DNA from: Deltaproteobacteria bacterium
Lineage (GTDB): Bacteria > Desulfobacterota > Desulfobaccia > Desulfobaccales > 0-14-0-80-60-11
Assembly: GCA_016874945.1 (NCBI GenBank)
Contig: VGSO01000002.1
Location: 1 to 35,041, forward strand
Length of the DNA: 35,041 nt
Direction: 5' to 3'
The position numbers and the translations under genes were made by a program. Positions 15,938 through 24,760 of this stretch are shown piece by piece (within the stretch, counting starts at the first letter, position 1; each line of letters starts with the position of its first letter). The notes beneath the pieces are model-generated. The model was given only the letters and a program-made list of their open reading frames with translations. It did no database searches and was not told the origin of the DNA.

Positions 15938-18298
15938 ATGACTGAAGAAATCCGCCTCGGAATTTATATCTGTCATTGCGGCCTGAACATCGCGGGAGTC
16001 CTCGACCCCGAAGCCCTGGCGGCCCAGGGGCAAATCCTCCCTGGGGTGGCGGTCTGCCGCCACCATCTTTATACCTGCTCTGAAGCCGGGCAGCAGGAAA
16101 TTAAAAAGGATATCCAAGACTACAGTCTGAACCGGCTGCTGGTGGCGGCCTGCTCCCCCAAGCTCCATGAAGCCACTTTCCGCCGGCTGCTGGTGGAATC
16201 GGGCCTGAATCCCTATCTGCTGGAAATGGTCAACATCAGGGAGCAGTGCTCCTGGGTGCACTCCCAGGAGCCTCAGGCCGCTCAGGCCAAGGCGGTGGAA
16301 TTGATCAAAATGGGCCTGGCCAAGGTGAGGTCCGCCCAGCCCCTGCCGGAGCGCCGGGTGCCGGTGACGCGGCAGGCCCTGGTCATCGGCGGCGGCCCCG
16401 CGGGCTTGCGAGCCGCCCTGGATATTGCCGACGGTGGCTTTCCGGTGGTCCTGGTGGAGCGCCAGCCCATCCTGGGCGGCATGGCCAACAAGCTGCACCG
16501 CACCTTTCCCCAGGGGGAAACCGCCCTGAGTCTGATTAACCCCTTGATGGCGGCGGTGATGCTCCATCCCGGCATCCGGGTCTTAACTGCCGCCGAGGTA
16601 ATGGAAGTGACCGGCCATCTGGGGAATTTTCAAGTCACCGTGCGCCGGGCCCCGGAAATGGTGAAAGCTGACTGCGACCTGTGCGGCCAATGCGCCCAGG
16701 TCTGTCCGGTGGCCGCGCCCGCGGAGATGGAGGAGGGTTTAAATCTGCGCCAGGCCATTTATCTGCCCTCCCCCCGGGCCTTTCCGGCCCGGTACGTGGT
16801 GGACCTGGAGCACTGCGACGGCTGCGGCCTGTGCGCCCAGGCCTGTCCCCCGCAGGCCATAGATTTGGCCGCGGGGGAAACCCGGGAGACCTTTACCGTG
16901 GGGGCCATGGTGGTGGCCACGGGCTTTCTTCCCTTCCAACTCCGGGGCAGCCGCTACGAATCCTGGGCGGCCCGGGAAAACGTGATCACCACCGTGGCCC
17001 TGGAGAGGCTGCTGGATCCTTATGGACCAACCGGCGGGAAGTTGCTGCTCTCCGGCGCCGAATTTGCCCCGCAAGACCTGGCTTTTATCCTGTGCGTGGG
17101 TTCCCGGGAGGAAGACGGGAACCGCTACTGCTCCCGGGTCTGCTGCCCCACCGCCCTGAAGCAGGCCCTGGAACTCAAAACCCGGTTCCCCGGAGCGCGC
17201 CTGCGCCTTTATTACCGTGATATTCGCACCACCAAAAAGGACTGGGAAGACCTGTATACCCGGGCCCGGGAAGCAGGCATAAACTTTGTCCGGGGAGAGG
17301 TCACCAGCATCCGCGGCGTTCCGGACGGCGGGGTAGTCCTTCACGCCCAAAACGAACTTTTCGGGGTCGAAACCGAAGACCGGGTTGATCTGGTGGTGCT
17401 GGCCGTGGGCATGACACTGGGAAATGGACACCCTTTGAAGGAAGTATTGAAACTGCCGGTGGGCCATGACGGCTTTTTCCTGGAAGCCCACCCCAAGCTT
17501 CGGCCCCTGGAGACGGTGCTGGATGGCGTCGGTCTGGCCGGCGCCTGCCAGGGGCCCAAGGATCTGGCTGAAACTTTGGCCCAGGCCAGCGGCGCGGCTG
17601 CCAAGGTCCTGGGACTGTTTGCCCATGAGGTCTTAACCCTGGACAGCATCATCTGCACCGTGGACCAGGAAAAATGCGTCGGCTGCGGCGCCTGTTTCCA
17701 GGAATGCTGCTTCCAGGCGGTGCAAATGGTGGGCGAGGGCAAGGAACAGAAGGCCCGGATCATTGAAGCGGCCTGCAAAGGCTGCGGGGTGTGCGCCGGC
17801 GCCTGTCCCAACGGGGCGGTCATTGCCCGGGGGTTCACCGATGAAATGATTATCGACCAGATCGACGCGGCCCTGGCGGAAGAGCCGGAAAAGAAGGTCC
17901 TGGCCTTCTGCTGCCACTGGTGCTCATATGCCGGGGCGGATTTTGCCGGGGTCTCCCGGCTCCAGTACTCCCCGGCGACCCGGATCATCCGCACCATGTG
18001 CACCGGCCGCCTCCACCCCAAGTTCATTCTCCACGCCTTCCAGCGCGGCGCCGGCCAGGTGCTGGTGTCCGGCTGCCATCCGCCGGGAGATTGCCATTAC
18101 ATGGCCGGCAATCTCCGGGCCCAGGCCCGCATCGACAAGCTGAGGCCGCGGCTGGCGACAAAAGGCATTGACCCGGCCCGCCTGCGCCTGGAGTGGATCT
18201 CAGCCGCCGAGGGCCGGGTTTTTCAACGGGTGGTGCAGGAAATGGCCGGACAATTGACCAGGGAGAAAAAAGGAAAAATAGAAAAATCAATAGAGTAA
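15938..18298 (+). CDS. hdrA: HdrA-like flavoprotein fused to an MvhD-like domain (QmoB-like architecture)
   Basis: N-terminal domain IYICHCGLNIAG...LLVAACSPKLHE...NIREQCSWVH. FAD fold LVIGGGPAGLRAALD. Inserted ferredoxin (CDLCGQCAQVCP, CDGCGLCAQACP). CVGSRE..RYCSRVCC. C-terminal ferredoxin (CVGCGACFQEC, CKGCGVCAGACP). Then FCCHWCSYAGADFAG...IIRTMCTGRL...VLVSGCHPGDCHY, the MvhD (methyl-viologen-reducing hydrogenase delta) signature. Confidence 0.9.
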   Translation: MTEEIRLGIYICHCGLNIAGVLDPEALAAQGQILPGVAVCRHHLYTCSEAGQQEIKKDIQDYSLNRLLVAACSPKLHEATFRRLLVESGLNPYLLEMVNIREQCSWVHSQEPQAAQAKAVELIKMGLAKVRSAQPLPERRVPVTRQALVIGGGPAGLRAALDIADGGFPVVLVERQPILGGMANKLHRTFPQGETALSLINPLMAAVMLHPGIRVLTAAEVMEVTGHLGNFQVTVRRAPEMVKADCDLCGQCAQVCPVAAPAEMEEGLNLRQAIYLPSPRAFPARYVVDLEHCDGCGLCAQACPPQAIDLAAGETRETFTVGAMVVATGFLPFQLRGSRYESWAARENVITTVALERLLDPYGPTGGKLLLSGAEFAPQDLAFILCVGSREEDGNRYCSRVCCPTALKQALELKTRFPGARLRLYYRDIRTTKKDWEDLYTRAREAGINFVRGEVTSIRGVPDGGVVLHAQNELFGVETEDRVDLVVLAVGMTLGNGHPLKEVLKLPVGHDGFFLEAHPKLRPLETVLDGVGLAGACQGPKDLAETLAQASGAAAKVLGLFAHEVLTLDSIICTVDQEKCVGCGACFQECCFQAVQMVGEGKEQKARIIEAACKGCGVCAGACPNGAVIARGFTDEMIIDQIDAALAEEPEKKVLAFCCHWCSYAGADFAGVSRLQYSPATRIIRTMCTGRLHPKFILHAFQRGAGQVLVSGCHPPGDCHYMAGNLRAQARIDKLRPRLATKGIDPARLRLEWISAAEGRVFQRVVQEMAGQLTREKKGKIEKSIE

Positions 18299-18365
18299 TT
18301 CATGGGCCTTCGCCCAGCCATAAATTCATCAAGGCGTGGAAGCAAGAGCTTCGGCCAAAATTGGC

Positions 18366-18389
18366 GTTCCCCAGCGGGAGCTGGGGAAC
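18366..18389. repeat. GTTCCCCAGC hairpin (REP-like family)
   Basis: GTTCCCCAGC-ggga-GCTGGGGAAC, a perfect 10-bp stem with a GNRA-type loop. The flanks (ggcGTTCCCC...GGGGAACgag) resemble those of the copy at 31952-31975. Confidence 0.85.
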
Positions 18390-18460
18390 GAGGAGGGGCG
18401 CAAGGGCAAGGGCGCACCCGGGAGTCGGCTACCATAGAAAGTGAGAGGCTTTTCGAAATT

Positions 18461-18488
18461 AACTCGAAACTTGAAACTCGAAACTTAT
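18461..18488. repeat. heptanucleotide tandem repeat (AACTYGA x4)
   Basis: aactcga aacttga aactcga aacttat, ending 14 nt before the third hdrA ATG. Confidence 0.8.
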
Positions 18489-18501
18489 CGAGATAGAACT
18501 T

Positions 18502-20109
18502 ATGAAATTGTTGATTTGCGCCTGCCCGGAGATTCGCTTCGATCTGCCAGAGGTGGTCCGGCAGTTGGCGGACGCGGGGTGGCAGGCTCACTTAAGCCCT
18601 CCCATTTGCACGCCCGGGGGGATAAAACAGGCTGCCGCCCTGTCGAAGGAAGGGGGCGGATGGCTACTGGCGGCCTGTAGTTCCGCGCACCATGCCGGCC
18701 TGTTTAGGCGTCTCTGGAAAGACCCGAGAGTCATCGACTTGCTGGGATGCACCGGGACGGAGGAGGCGGTGGGAGCCATTCTGTTGGGCCTGGAAGCTCC
18801 TCCGGGGCCCCCAAGAGAACCCCGGCCTTTGCACCAGTCAGTGCTGATCGTCGGGGGTGGCATCGGCGGCTGCCAGGCGGCCCTGGACCTGGCCCATGCC
18901 GGTTGCCGGGTTTACCTGGCTGACTCCTCCCTGAGCGTCGGCGGCGCCATGGCCCAGCTTGACAAGACTTTCCCCACCCTGGACTGCTCCATCTGCATTT
19001 TGGGGCCCAAGCTGGTGGAGGTGTCCACCCATGGCAACATCGAGCTGTTAACCTACGCCCGGATTGATAAGATTTCCGGCCAGGCCGGCAATTTCAGCGT
19101 GGACCTGACCCTGAAGCCCCGCTATGTGGATATGAGCAAGTGCGTCGGCTGCGGGACCTGCACCGAAGTCTGTCCGGTAATGGTCCCCAGCCGCTGGAAC
19201 CTGGGGCTCAAGCCCCGGAAGTGCATCCGCATCATCTTCGCCCAATCCGTTCCTTTGCGGGCCACCATCGAGAAGGAGTATTGCATTGACTGCCGGATGT
19301 GCGTAGATGTTTGCGATCGCCAGGCCATCAACCTGGAGGACGCCCCCCGTTTCCGGCAGTTGCAGGTGGGGGCCATAGTCCTGGCCACCGGCGCCCGGCC
19401 CCTTGACCCGTCCATTAAAAGCGAATACGGGTACGGCCGCCTCCCGGCGGTGATCACTAACCTGGAGTATGAACGGATTGTCTGCGCCACCGGGCCCACC
19501 CAGGGCGCGTTGATTACCTCTCACGGCCGCCCCGTTAAGAGCCTGGCTTTCATCCAGTGCGTGGGGTCCCGGGACCGCCGCTTTCTGCCTTATTGTTCGG
19601 GCTATTGCTGCACCGCCTCCATCAAAGAGGCCATGATCGCCCTGGAGCACCATCCCGATACCCGGGTGACCATTTTCTACAATGATATCCGCACCTCCGG
19701 CAAAGGCTTTGAAGAGCTGTTCCGGCGGGCCCAAAAGGCGGGGGTCCGCTTTATCAAAGGCCTGCCGGGGTTGATTCGGGAAGACCGGGCCGGCCGGGCC
19801 GTTGTCTGTTACGAAGACCTGATCAGCCGTGGGAGAAAGGAACTGGCGGTGGACCTGGCGGTGCTGGCGGTGGGACTCCAGGCCCCTTCAGAAGCCCTGC
19901 CATTCCAGGATTTTCCCCCGGAGAGGGATTCTTTCGGTTTCTACCGGCCCCGCCATCCCATCCTCCACTCCCTGGAATCCTCCACTCCGGGAATCTTTCT
20001 GGCCGGTACGAGCCAGGGGCCCAAGGACATTTCCGAAACCGTGTGCCAGGCCAGCGGCGCCGCGGCCCGGGTGATGAGCCTGTTCGCGACTCTAAGAGAA
20101 ACTCAATAG
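18502..20109 (+). CDS. hdrA: HdrA-like flavoprotein lacking the C-terminal ferredoxin domain
   Basis: VLIVGGGIGGCQAALDLAHAG...GGAMAQLDKTFPTLDCSICILGPKLVEV. Inserted ferredoxin (CVGCGTCTEVCP, CIDCRMCVDVC). CVGSRD..LPYCSGYCC. Ends right after the GPKDISETVCQASGAAA helix. The N-terminal ~110 aa are a divergent Cys-containing domain. Confidence 0.85.
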   Translation: MKLLICACPEIRFDLPEVVRQLADAGWQAHLSPPICTPGGIKQAAALSKEGGGWLLAACSSAHHAGLFRRLWKDPRVIDLLGCTGTEEAVGAILLGLEAPPGPPREPRPLHQSVLIVGGGIGGCQAALDLAHAGCRVYLADSSLSVGGAMAQLDKTFPTLDCSICILGPKLVEVSTHGNIELLTYARIDKISGQAGNFSVDLTLKPRYVDMSKCVGCGTCTEVCPVMVPSRWNLGLKPRKCIRIIFAQSVPLRATIEKEYCIDCRMCVDVCDRQAINLEDAPRFRQLQVGAIVLATGARPLDPSIKSEYGYGRLPAVITNLEYERIVCATGPTQGALITSHGRPVKSLAFIQCVGSRDRRFLPYCSGYCCTASIKEAMIALEHHPDTRVTIFYNDIRTSGKGFEELFRRAQKAGVRFIKGLPGLIREDRAGRAVVCYEDLISRGRKELAVDLAVLAVGLQAPSEALPFQDFPPERDSFGFYRPRHPILHSLESSTPGIFLAGTSQGPKDISETVCQASGAAARVMSLFATLRETQ

Positions 20110-20200
20110 GTGTTGCCGGGGAAGACCAACCAGTGGATGGGCCAACCATGAGCATTGGTTGTCGAGTTAAGGCCTGATAAGAGTGGCATTCCCGGGGCGA

Positions 20201-21025
20201 TCAATCAAGCAACAATATGCTGGAGGTGGGGACCCCCGCTCCCGGCGCCCAACCCGCCACGCGAGCCATCATCCACCAGAAGGCCTCCCCCTTGAGGTAG
20301 CAGTTAAAACAATGGGAATGGGCGCAATCGCTGCAACCCGGACAGGTATGGGTACTGCACCAAGCGCTGCACCAGCCGCAGTCATCGCTGGTATCGGGAT
20401 AATATTGCCCCGCCGGGTCCCAGCTTTCGATGTCGGCAAAATCGAAAAGGACTTTCCCCTTTTTACGGCAAAAGTTCCGAATCTGGTTATTCCGTACATT
20501 GAGATTGCCGCTGACGCCGCTTCCGTCCGTATGGCCGGTCATATAGACAAAGGTTACATGGGGGTAGTCCTGCTCCAACTTGCTCATAGCATTGAGATAG
20601 GCGTTAATTCCTTGGGGGGTATTATTCGACACCCCGCCGCACCAAGACCACATCACCATGTTGATATTGTTGCCCGGCTCATTCAGGCGAGCCCGGGTGG
20701 TATCGCACCAGGCCAGGTCGCCGTTATGGCCCAGGTCGCCGTAGGTTTCTTCGATGTACAGGCTGCCGGGGCCGCTGTTGAAGCTGTGCAAAGCATCCCG
20801 GAGCATCTCCAGACCGGTCATGATCTGGCTGCCGTGGGAGGTGTGGCCGTAATAGAGGCGAAATTGGGATTTTGCCTGCTTAATGAACTGCTCGGGGATA
20901 AAGCCAAAAGCCGCGGCCGCCCGGTGATCGGCAATGACGGCGTCCCGGGCCAGGGCCGGCCAGGGCCCTGGAATCGATAAAACCAACAATAACAACGTGG
21001 CGCCCGACCATTTTTTCCCGTTCAT
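20201..21025 (-). CDS. exported protein of unknown function with a Cys-rich C-terminal region
   Basis: SD AAGGGAGGG precedes the second ATG (21025). Signal peptide MNGKKWSGATLLLLVLSIPGPWPALA-RD. Conserved-looking motifs YYGHTSHGSQ, MVMWSWCGG and YMTGHTDG. C-terminal CGWCSAWCSTHTCPGCSDCAHSHCFNC. I cannot place the family. Confidence 0.6.
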   Translation of the reverse strand: MNGKKWSGATLLLLVLSIPGPWPALARDAVIADHRAAAAFGFIPEQFIKQAKSQFRLYYGHTSHGSQIMTGLEMLRDALHSFNSGPGSLYIEETYGDLGHNGDLAWCDTTRARLNEPGNNINMVMWSWCGGVSNNTPQGINAYLNAMSKLEQDYPHVTFVYMTGHTDGSGVSGNLNVRNNQIRNFCRKKGKVLFDFADIESWDPAGQYYPDTSDDCGWCSAWCSTHTCPGCSDCAHSHCFNCYLKGEAFWWMMARVAGWAPGAGVPTSSILLLD

Positions 21026-21477
21026 AGGCCCTCCCTTCATCTCGGCGGATAGAAGCCTGATCTCCCGGGTAATTCCCAGGAGCTCTTAAGCAACGGCATC
21101 TTTGAAATGAAATTTACCCACCTAAAATAATAGCATTTTTTAATAAATTTATATCGATAAAATGTCCGGTCAGATAGAGCCCCATTCCGTATGCCCATAT
21201 CACCGCCAACCCCAGGACTACCTGCGGCAACCCCGGCCTCCGGCCCCGGGAGCAGTTCTGCCGGTAACAAATGATTCACCGCGGAGACGCCGAGAGCAGA
21301 GATAAACATGTCCAATTTATTTATGAAATTAGGGCTATTTAAATAAGGGGTTGAGGGAAGATGCAAATCGCCTCCTAAATTTCCAGTATTATTCTTTGAA
21401 TTAATTGGGTTCAGGGTGTCCCGGTGGTAAAATCCTTTGGAGGTTGACCACATCCTTAACGGCCCAAGGAGGCTGAG

Positions 21478-24162
21478 ATGATAAAACCGCTCCTGGACTG
21501 CTTCTTCAAGCCTGAGTCGGTGGCGGTGATGGGCGCCAGCCGGACGGTGGGGACCGTGGGCTGGTTCCTGGTGGACCACCTCAAAGAGGGCGGTTTCCCG
21601 GGCGCCATTTACCCCATTAATCCCAAGTACCCCGAAATCCAGGATTTGAAAGCTTACCCGGACATCAGGGCGGTGGGGGCTCCCATCGACTTGGCGGTCA
21701 TTGCCATTCCCATCCGGGATGCGCCCCTGGCCATGAAGGAGTGCGGGGAAGCCGGGGTAAGGGGCGCCATCATTGTCTCCGTGGGCGGCCAGGAAGCGGG
21801 TCCGGTGGGCCGGGACATCGAAGCGGCCATCAAAAAAGCGGCTATTCAGGCCGGGGTCCGCTATATCGGGCCCAATTCCATGGGGGTGCTGTCGCCTTAT
21901 TTCACTCTCCGGGCGACCCTGGCCCATAGCGCCGTTACACCCGGCAGCCTGGCCTTCATCTCCCAGAGCGGCGCCCTGTCGTATTCCATTTTGAGCTGGG
22001 CCGCGCAAAAAAATATCGGCTTCAGCCACTTCATCAGCGTGGGCTCCATGGCCGACGTGGATTTCGGCGACCTCATCGATTATTTGGGCAATGACGAAAA
22101 GGCCCGCAGCATTGTCATTTACATGGAGACCCTGACCCAGCACCGCAAATTTATGAGCGCCGCCCGCTCCGTGGCCCGGGTCAAACCCATAATAGTGATC
22201 AAATCCGGCCGGGGGTCAGCCGGGGCCCGGGCCGCAACCTCCCATACGGGGGCCATCGCAGGGGAGGACGCGGCGTTTGATGCGGCTTTCCGACGGGCCG
22301 GCATCATCCGGGTGGACACCATCGGCCAGCTCTTCGACTGCGCCGAGGCCCTGGGCAAAGTCAAACCACCCGCCGGCGGCGCCCTGGCCATCATCACCAA
22401 CGCCGGGGGCGCCGGGGTGATGGCGGCGGATGCCATGGGCCGTTGGCAGATGGAGCCGACCTCCCCGGGACCAGAGACCCTTGGGAAGCTGGACGAATTT
22501 CTGCCTCCCCATTGGAGCCGCGGCAACCCCATTGATATCCTGGGCGCCGCCACCCCAGCGACTTATCTCCAGGCGGTCCATCTAGCCCTGAAGGCCCCGG
22601 AGTTCCACGGCCTGATCATTATCCTCACTCCCCAGGCCCTTACCGATCCCACGGCTGTGGCCCGAATCATCGTCCCGGAAATCAAAGGCCGGGCTAAACC
22701 GGTGTTTGCCGTCTGGATGGGCGGGGAGGAAGTGGCGCCGGGCATCAAAATCCTCAATGACGCGGGCATTCCCACTTTTGAAACCCCGGAGCAGGCGGTG
22801 GATACTTTCATGGAAATGTATTTCTATTCCCGGCACCTGGAATTGCTCCAGGAAACCCCATCCCGCATGACCCGGGAACTCAATGTGGATACCACCAAAG
22901 GCCGGGCGTTCCTGGAACAATGTCTGGCCCGGAAACAAGGGGTCCTCACGGAGCTGGAGTCCAAAGCCATCCTGTCGGCTTACGGCATCCCGGTTAACCC
23001 CACGGTGGCCGCGTCCTCCGCTCCGGAAGCAGCCCGGGCCGCCAAAGACCTGGGCTTCCCGGTGGTTCTCAAGGTCAATTCCCCCGGCATCACCCATAAG
23101 TCCGAAGTGGGAGGAGTGCGCTTTTTTCTCCGAAACGAGCAAGAGGTAAAAGCCGCCTATAATCAAATAATGGAAGAAGTCCGGGCCCGTCATCCCCAGG
23201 CGGGCATTCTGGGGACGACCGTCCAGACCCAGGAGCCGGAGGCGGACTGCGACTTGATTCTGGGCAGCAAACGGGACCCGGACTTCGGCCCCCTCATCCT
23301 GTTTGGCCAGGGTGGGGTTTTTGCCGAAGTGCTGGAGGACTGGGCCGTGGACCTGCCCCCCCTGAACCTGCTGCTGGCCCGCCGCCTCATTCAAAAGACC
23401 CGGATATTCCGGGTGCTCCAGGGATACCGGAATATTGCCCCGGCCAACCTGGATCATCTGGCGGAAATCCTGGTGCGCGTCTCCCAGTTGGTCACCGACT
23501 TTCCGGAGATCGTGGAACTGGACATCAATCCCCTGATGCTCACCGGCGGCCGGCTGGTGGCGGTGGACGCCCGCATGGTGGTGGAGCCCAGCGCTGTGCC
23601 GGCGCCCCGCCACCTCATCATCAGCCCTTATCCTAACCAATACGAGAGTTACTGGATGCTCCGGGACGGCACCCCCATTATCCTGCGGCCCGTGAAACCG
23701 GAAGACGAACCCCTGGTGGAAAAGCTGCTCCAGAGCTGTTCCGAAGAAACCATCTATTTTCGCTATTTTCGCCTGATTAAAAAATGGACCCACGACATGC
23801 TCATCCGCTTCACCCAGAATGATTACGACCGGGAGATCGGTCTCATGGCCATCGGCCAGCCGCCGGGGCCGGAAGTGATGATGGGGGTGGGTCGCCTGGT
23901 AATGGACGCGGACCGGGACAGCGCGGAATTCGCGGTGATCGTGGCCGACCCCTGGCAGGGCAAGGGCCTGGGTCCCAAGCTCCTGGAGCGGGTCATGGAA
24001 ATCGCCCGGGAAAACGAGGTCAGACTCCTCTACGGAGACGTTCTGGCCCAGAACCAACCCATGCTGGATATGGTCCGGCGGCTGGGCTTCAGCCTGAAAA
24101 AAGACGCGGAAGGCCAGGTCGTCCGGGCGGAGATGGATCTATGGGCCGGGCGCAGGGGATAG
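21478..24162 (+). CDS. ADP-forming acyl-CoA synthetase-like / GNAT acetyltransferase fusion (Pat/PatZ-like protein lysine acetyltransferase)
   Basis: SD AAGGAGG 6 nt upstream. N-terminal CoA-binding domain (PESVAVMGASR...IYPINPKY), succinyl-CoA-synthetase-like flavodoxin and ATP-grasp regions. C-terminal GNAT with the QGKGLG acetyl-CoA loop. The 894 aa fit the Pat architecture. Confidence 0.8.
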   Translation: MIKPLLDCFFKPESVAVMGASRTVGTVGWFLVDHLKEGGFPGAIYPINPKYPEIQDLKAYPDIRAVGAPIDLAVIAIPIRDAPLAMKECGEAGVRGAIIVSVGGQEAGPVGRDIEAAIKKAAIQAGVRYIGPNSMGVLSPYFTLRATLAHSAVTPGSLAFISQSGALSYSILSWAAQKNIGFSHFISVGSMADVDFGDLIDYLGNDEKARSIVIYMETLTQHRKFMSAARSVARVKPIIVIKSGRGSAGARAATSHTGAIAGEDAAFDAAFRRAGIIRVDTIGQLFDCAEALGKVKPPAGGALAIITNAGGAGVMAADAMGRWQMEPTSPGPETLGKLDEFLPPHWSRGNPIDILGAATPATYLQAVHLALKAPEFHGLIIILTPQALTDPTAVARIIVPEIKGRAKPVFAVWMGGEEVAPGIKILNDAGIPTFETPEQAVDTFMEMYFYSRHLELLQETPSRMTRELNVDTTKGRAFLEQCLARKQGVLTELESKAILSAYGIPVNPTVAASSAPEAARAAKDLGFPVVLKVNSPGITHKSEVGGVRFFLRNEQEVKAAYNQIMEEVRARHPQAGILGTTVQTQEPEADCDLILGSKRDPDFGPLILFGQGGVFAEVLEDWAVDLPPLNLLLARRLIQKTRIFRVLQGYRNIAPANLDHLAEILVRVSQLVTDFPEIVELDINPLMLTGGRLVAVDARMVVEPSAVPAPRHLIISPYPNQYESYWMLRDGTPIILRPVKPEDEPLVEKLLQSCSEETIYFRYFRLIKKWTHDMLIRFTQNDYDREIGLMAIGQPPGPEVMMGVGRLVMDADRDSAEFAVIVADPWQGKGLGPKLLERVMEIARENEVRLLYGDVLAQNQPMLDMVRRLGFSLKKDAEGQVVRAEMDLWAGRRG

Positions 24163-24234
24163 GTGTCAGGTGTCAGGTGTCAGGTTTAGGGAAAGATCAA
24201 GCATCGATTCCCTGAAACCTGAAACCTGAAACCT
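24162..24234. repeat. two opposed heptamer arrays forming a long imperfect hairpin between convergent genes
   Basis: GGTGTCA x3 + GGTTTAG (24162-24189), a 19-nt spacer, then CCTGAAA x3 (24211-24231; reverse complement GGTTTCA-type unit). The element spans from the pat-like stop to the sodC stop. It may act as a bidirectional terminator. Confidence 0.75.
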
Positions 24235-24760
24235 ACTTACTAATGACGCCGCAGGCGATGCGGGGCCCGGCGTTGCCCGTGGGGTCGGTGAAGTCGTCAT
24301 CCGGATTTTCGTGGATCATCAGGGAGGTGCCCCCGGGTTTAAAAAGGGAGTTGGGCTTGCCCTCCTTCAGGGTGACCAGCGTGGCCGTGGCCTCCAGGGC
24401 GCCCTTGCCGTCAGGCCCGACATAAAGGTTAGGCAGGTCGCCGGCGTGGGGCCCCTGGGAATTCTTCAGGCCGTGTTTTTTCCCGAAGGGGTTGAAGTGC
24501 GCCCCGGCCGCGGCAAAATCCGGCGTGGCGCACACGCCCTTCTCGTGAATGTGAAAGGCGTGGACTCCCGGGGGCAGTTTCTCCACTTTTAAGACAACCT
24601 TAACTCCTTGTGGGATCTCCGTCAGGGTGGCCTCACCCACCTTTTGGCCTTTATTGTCCACCAACACCGATTTGGCCGTCAGGGGCCCGCTTTCCCCGCA
24701 GCCCCAGATAATCAGCAATAACAGCACACCTGACATGGTGACAATCCGGAAATACTTCAT
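24233..24760 (-). CDS. sodC: Cu/Zn superoxide dismutase, exported (possibly a lipoprotein)
   Basis: HAFHIHEKGVC...GAHFNPFGKKHG...HAGDLPNL...SLMIHENPDD...GNAGPRIACGVI are the canonical SodC metal-ligand and disulfide motifs. N-terminal signal with IIWG-C. Confidence 0.92.
   Translation of the reverse strand: MKYFRIVTMSGVLLLLIIWGCGESGPLTAKSVLVDNKGQKVGEATLTEIPQGVKVVLKVEKLPPGVHAFHIHEKGVCATPDFAAAGAHFNPFGKKHGLKNSQGPHAGDLPNLYVGPDGKGALEATATLVTLKEGKPNSLFKPGGTSLMIHENPDDDFTDPTGNAGPRIACGVISK

Noticed and set aside
6768-20109. Selenocysteine (in-frame TGA) in the Fwd-like, HdrA or MvhD genes.
   Set aside because: All of these ORFs read uninterrupted from start to stop. I saw no split gene pairs joined by a TGA and no SECIS-like context that needed explaining.
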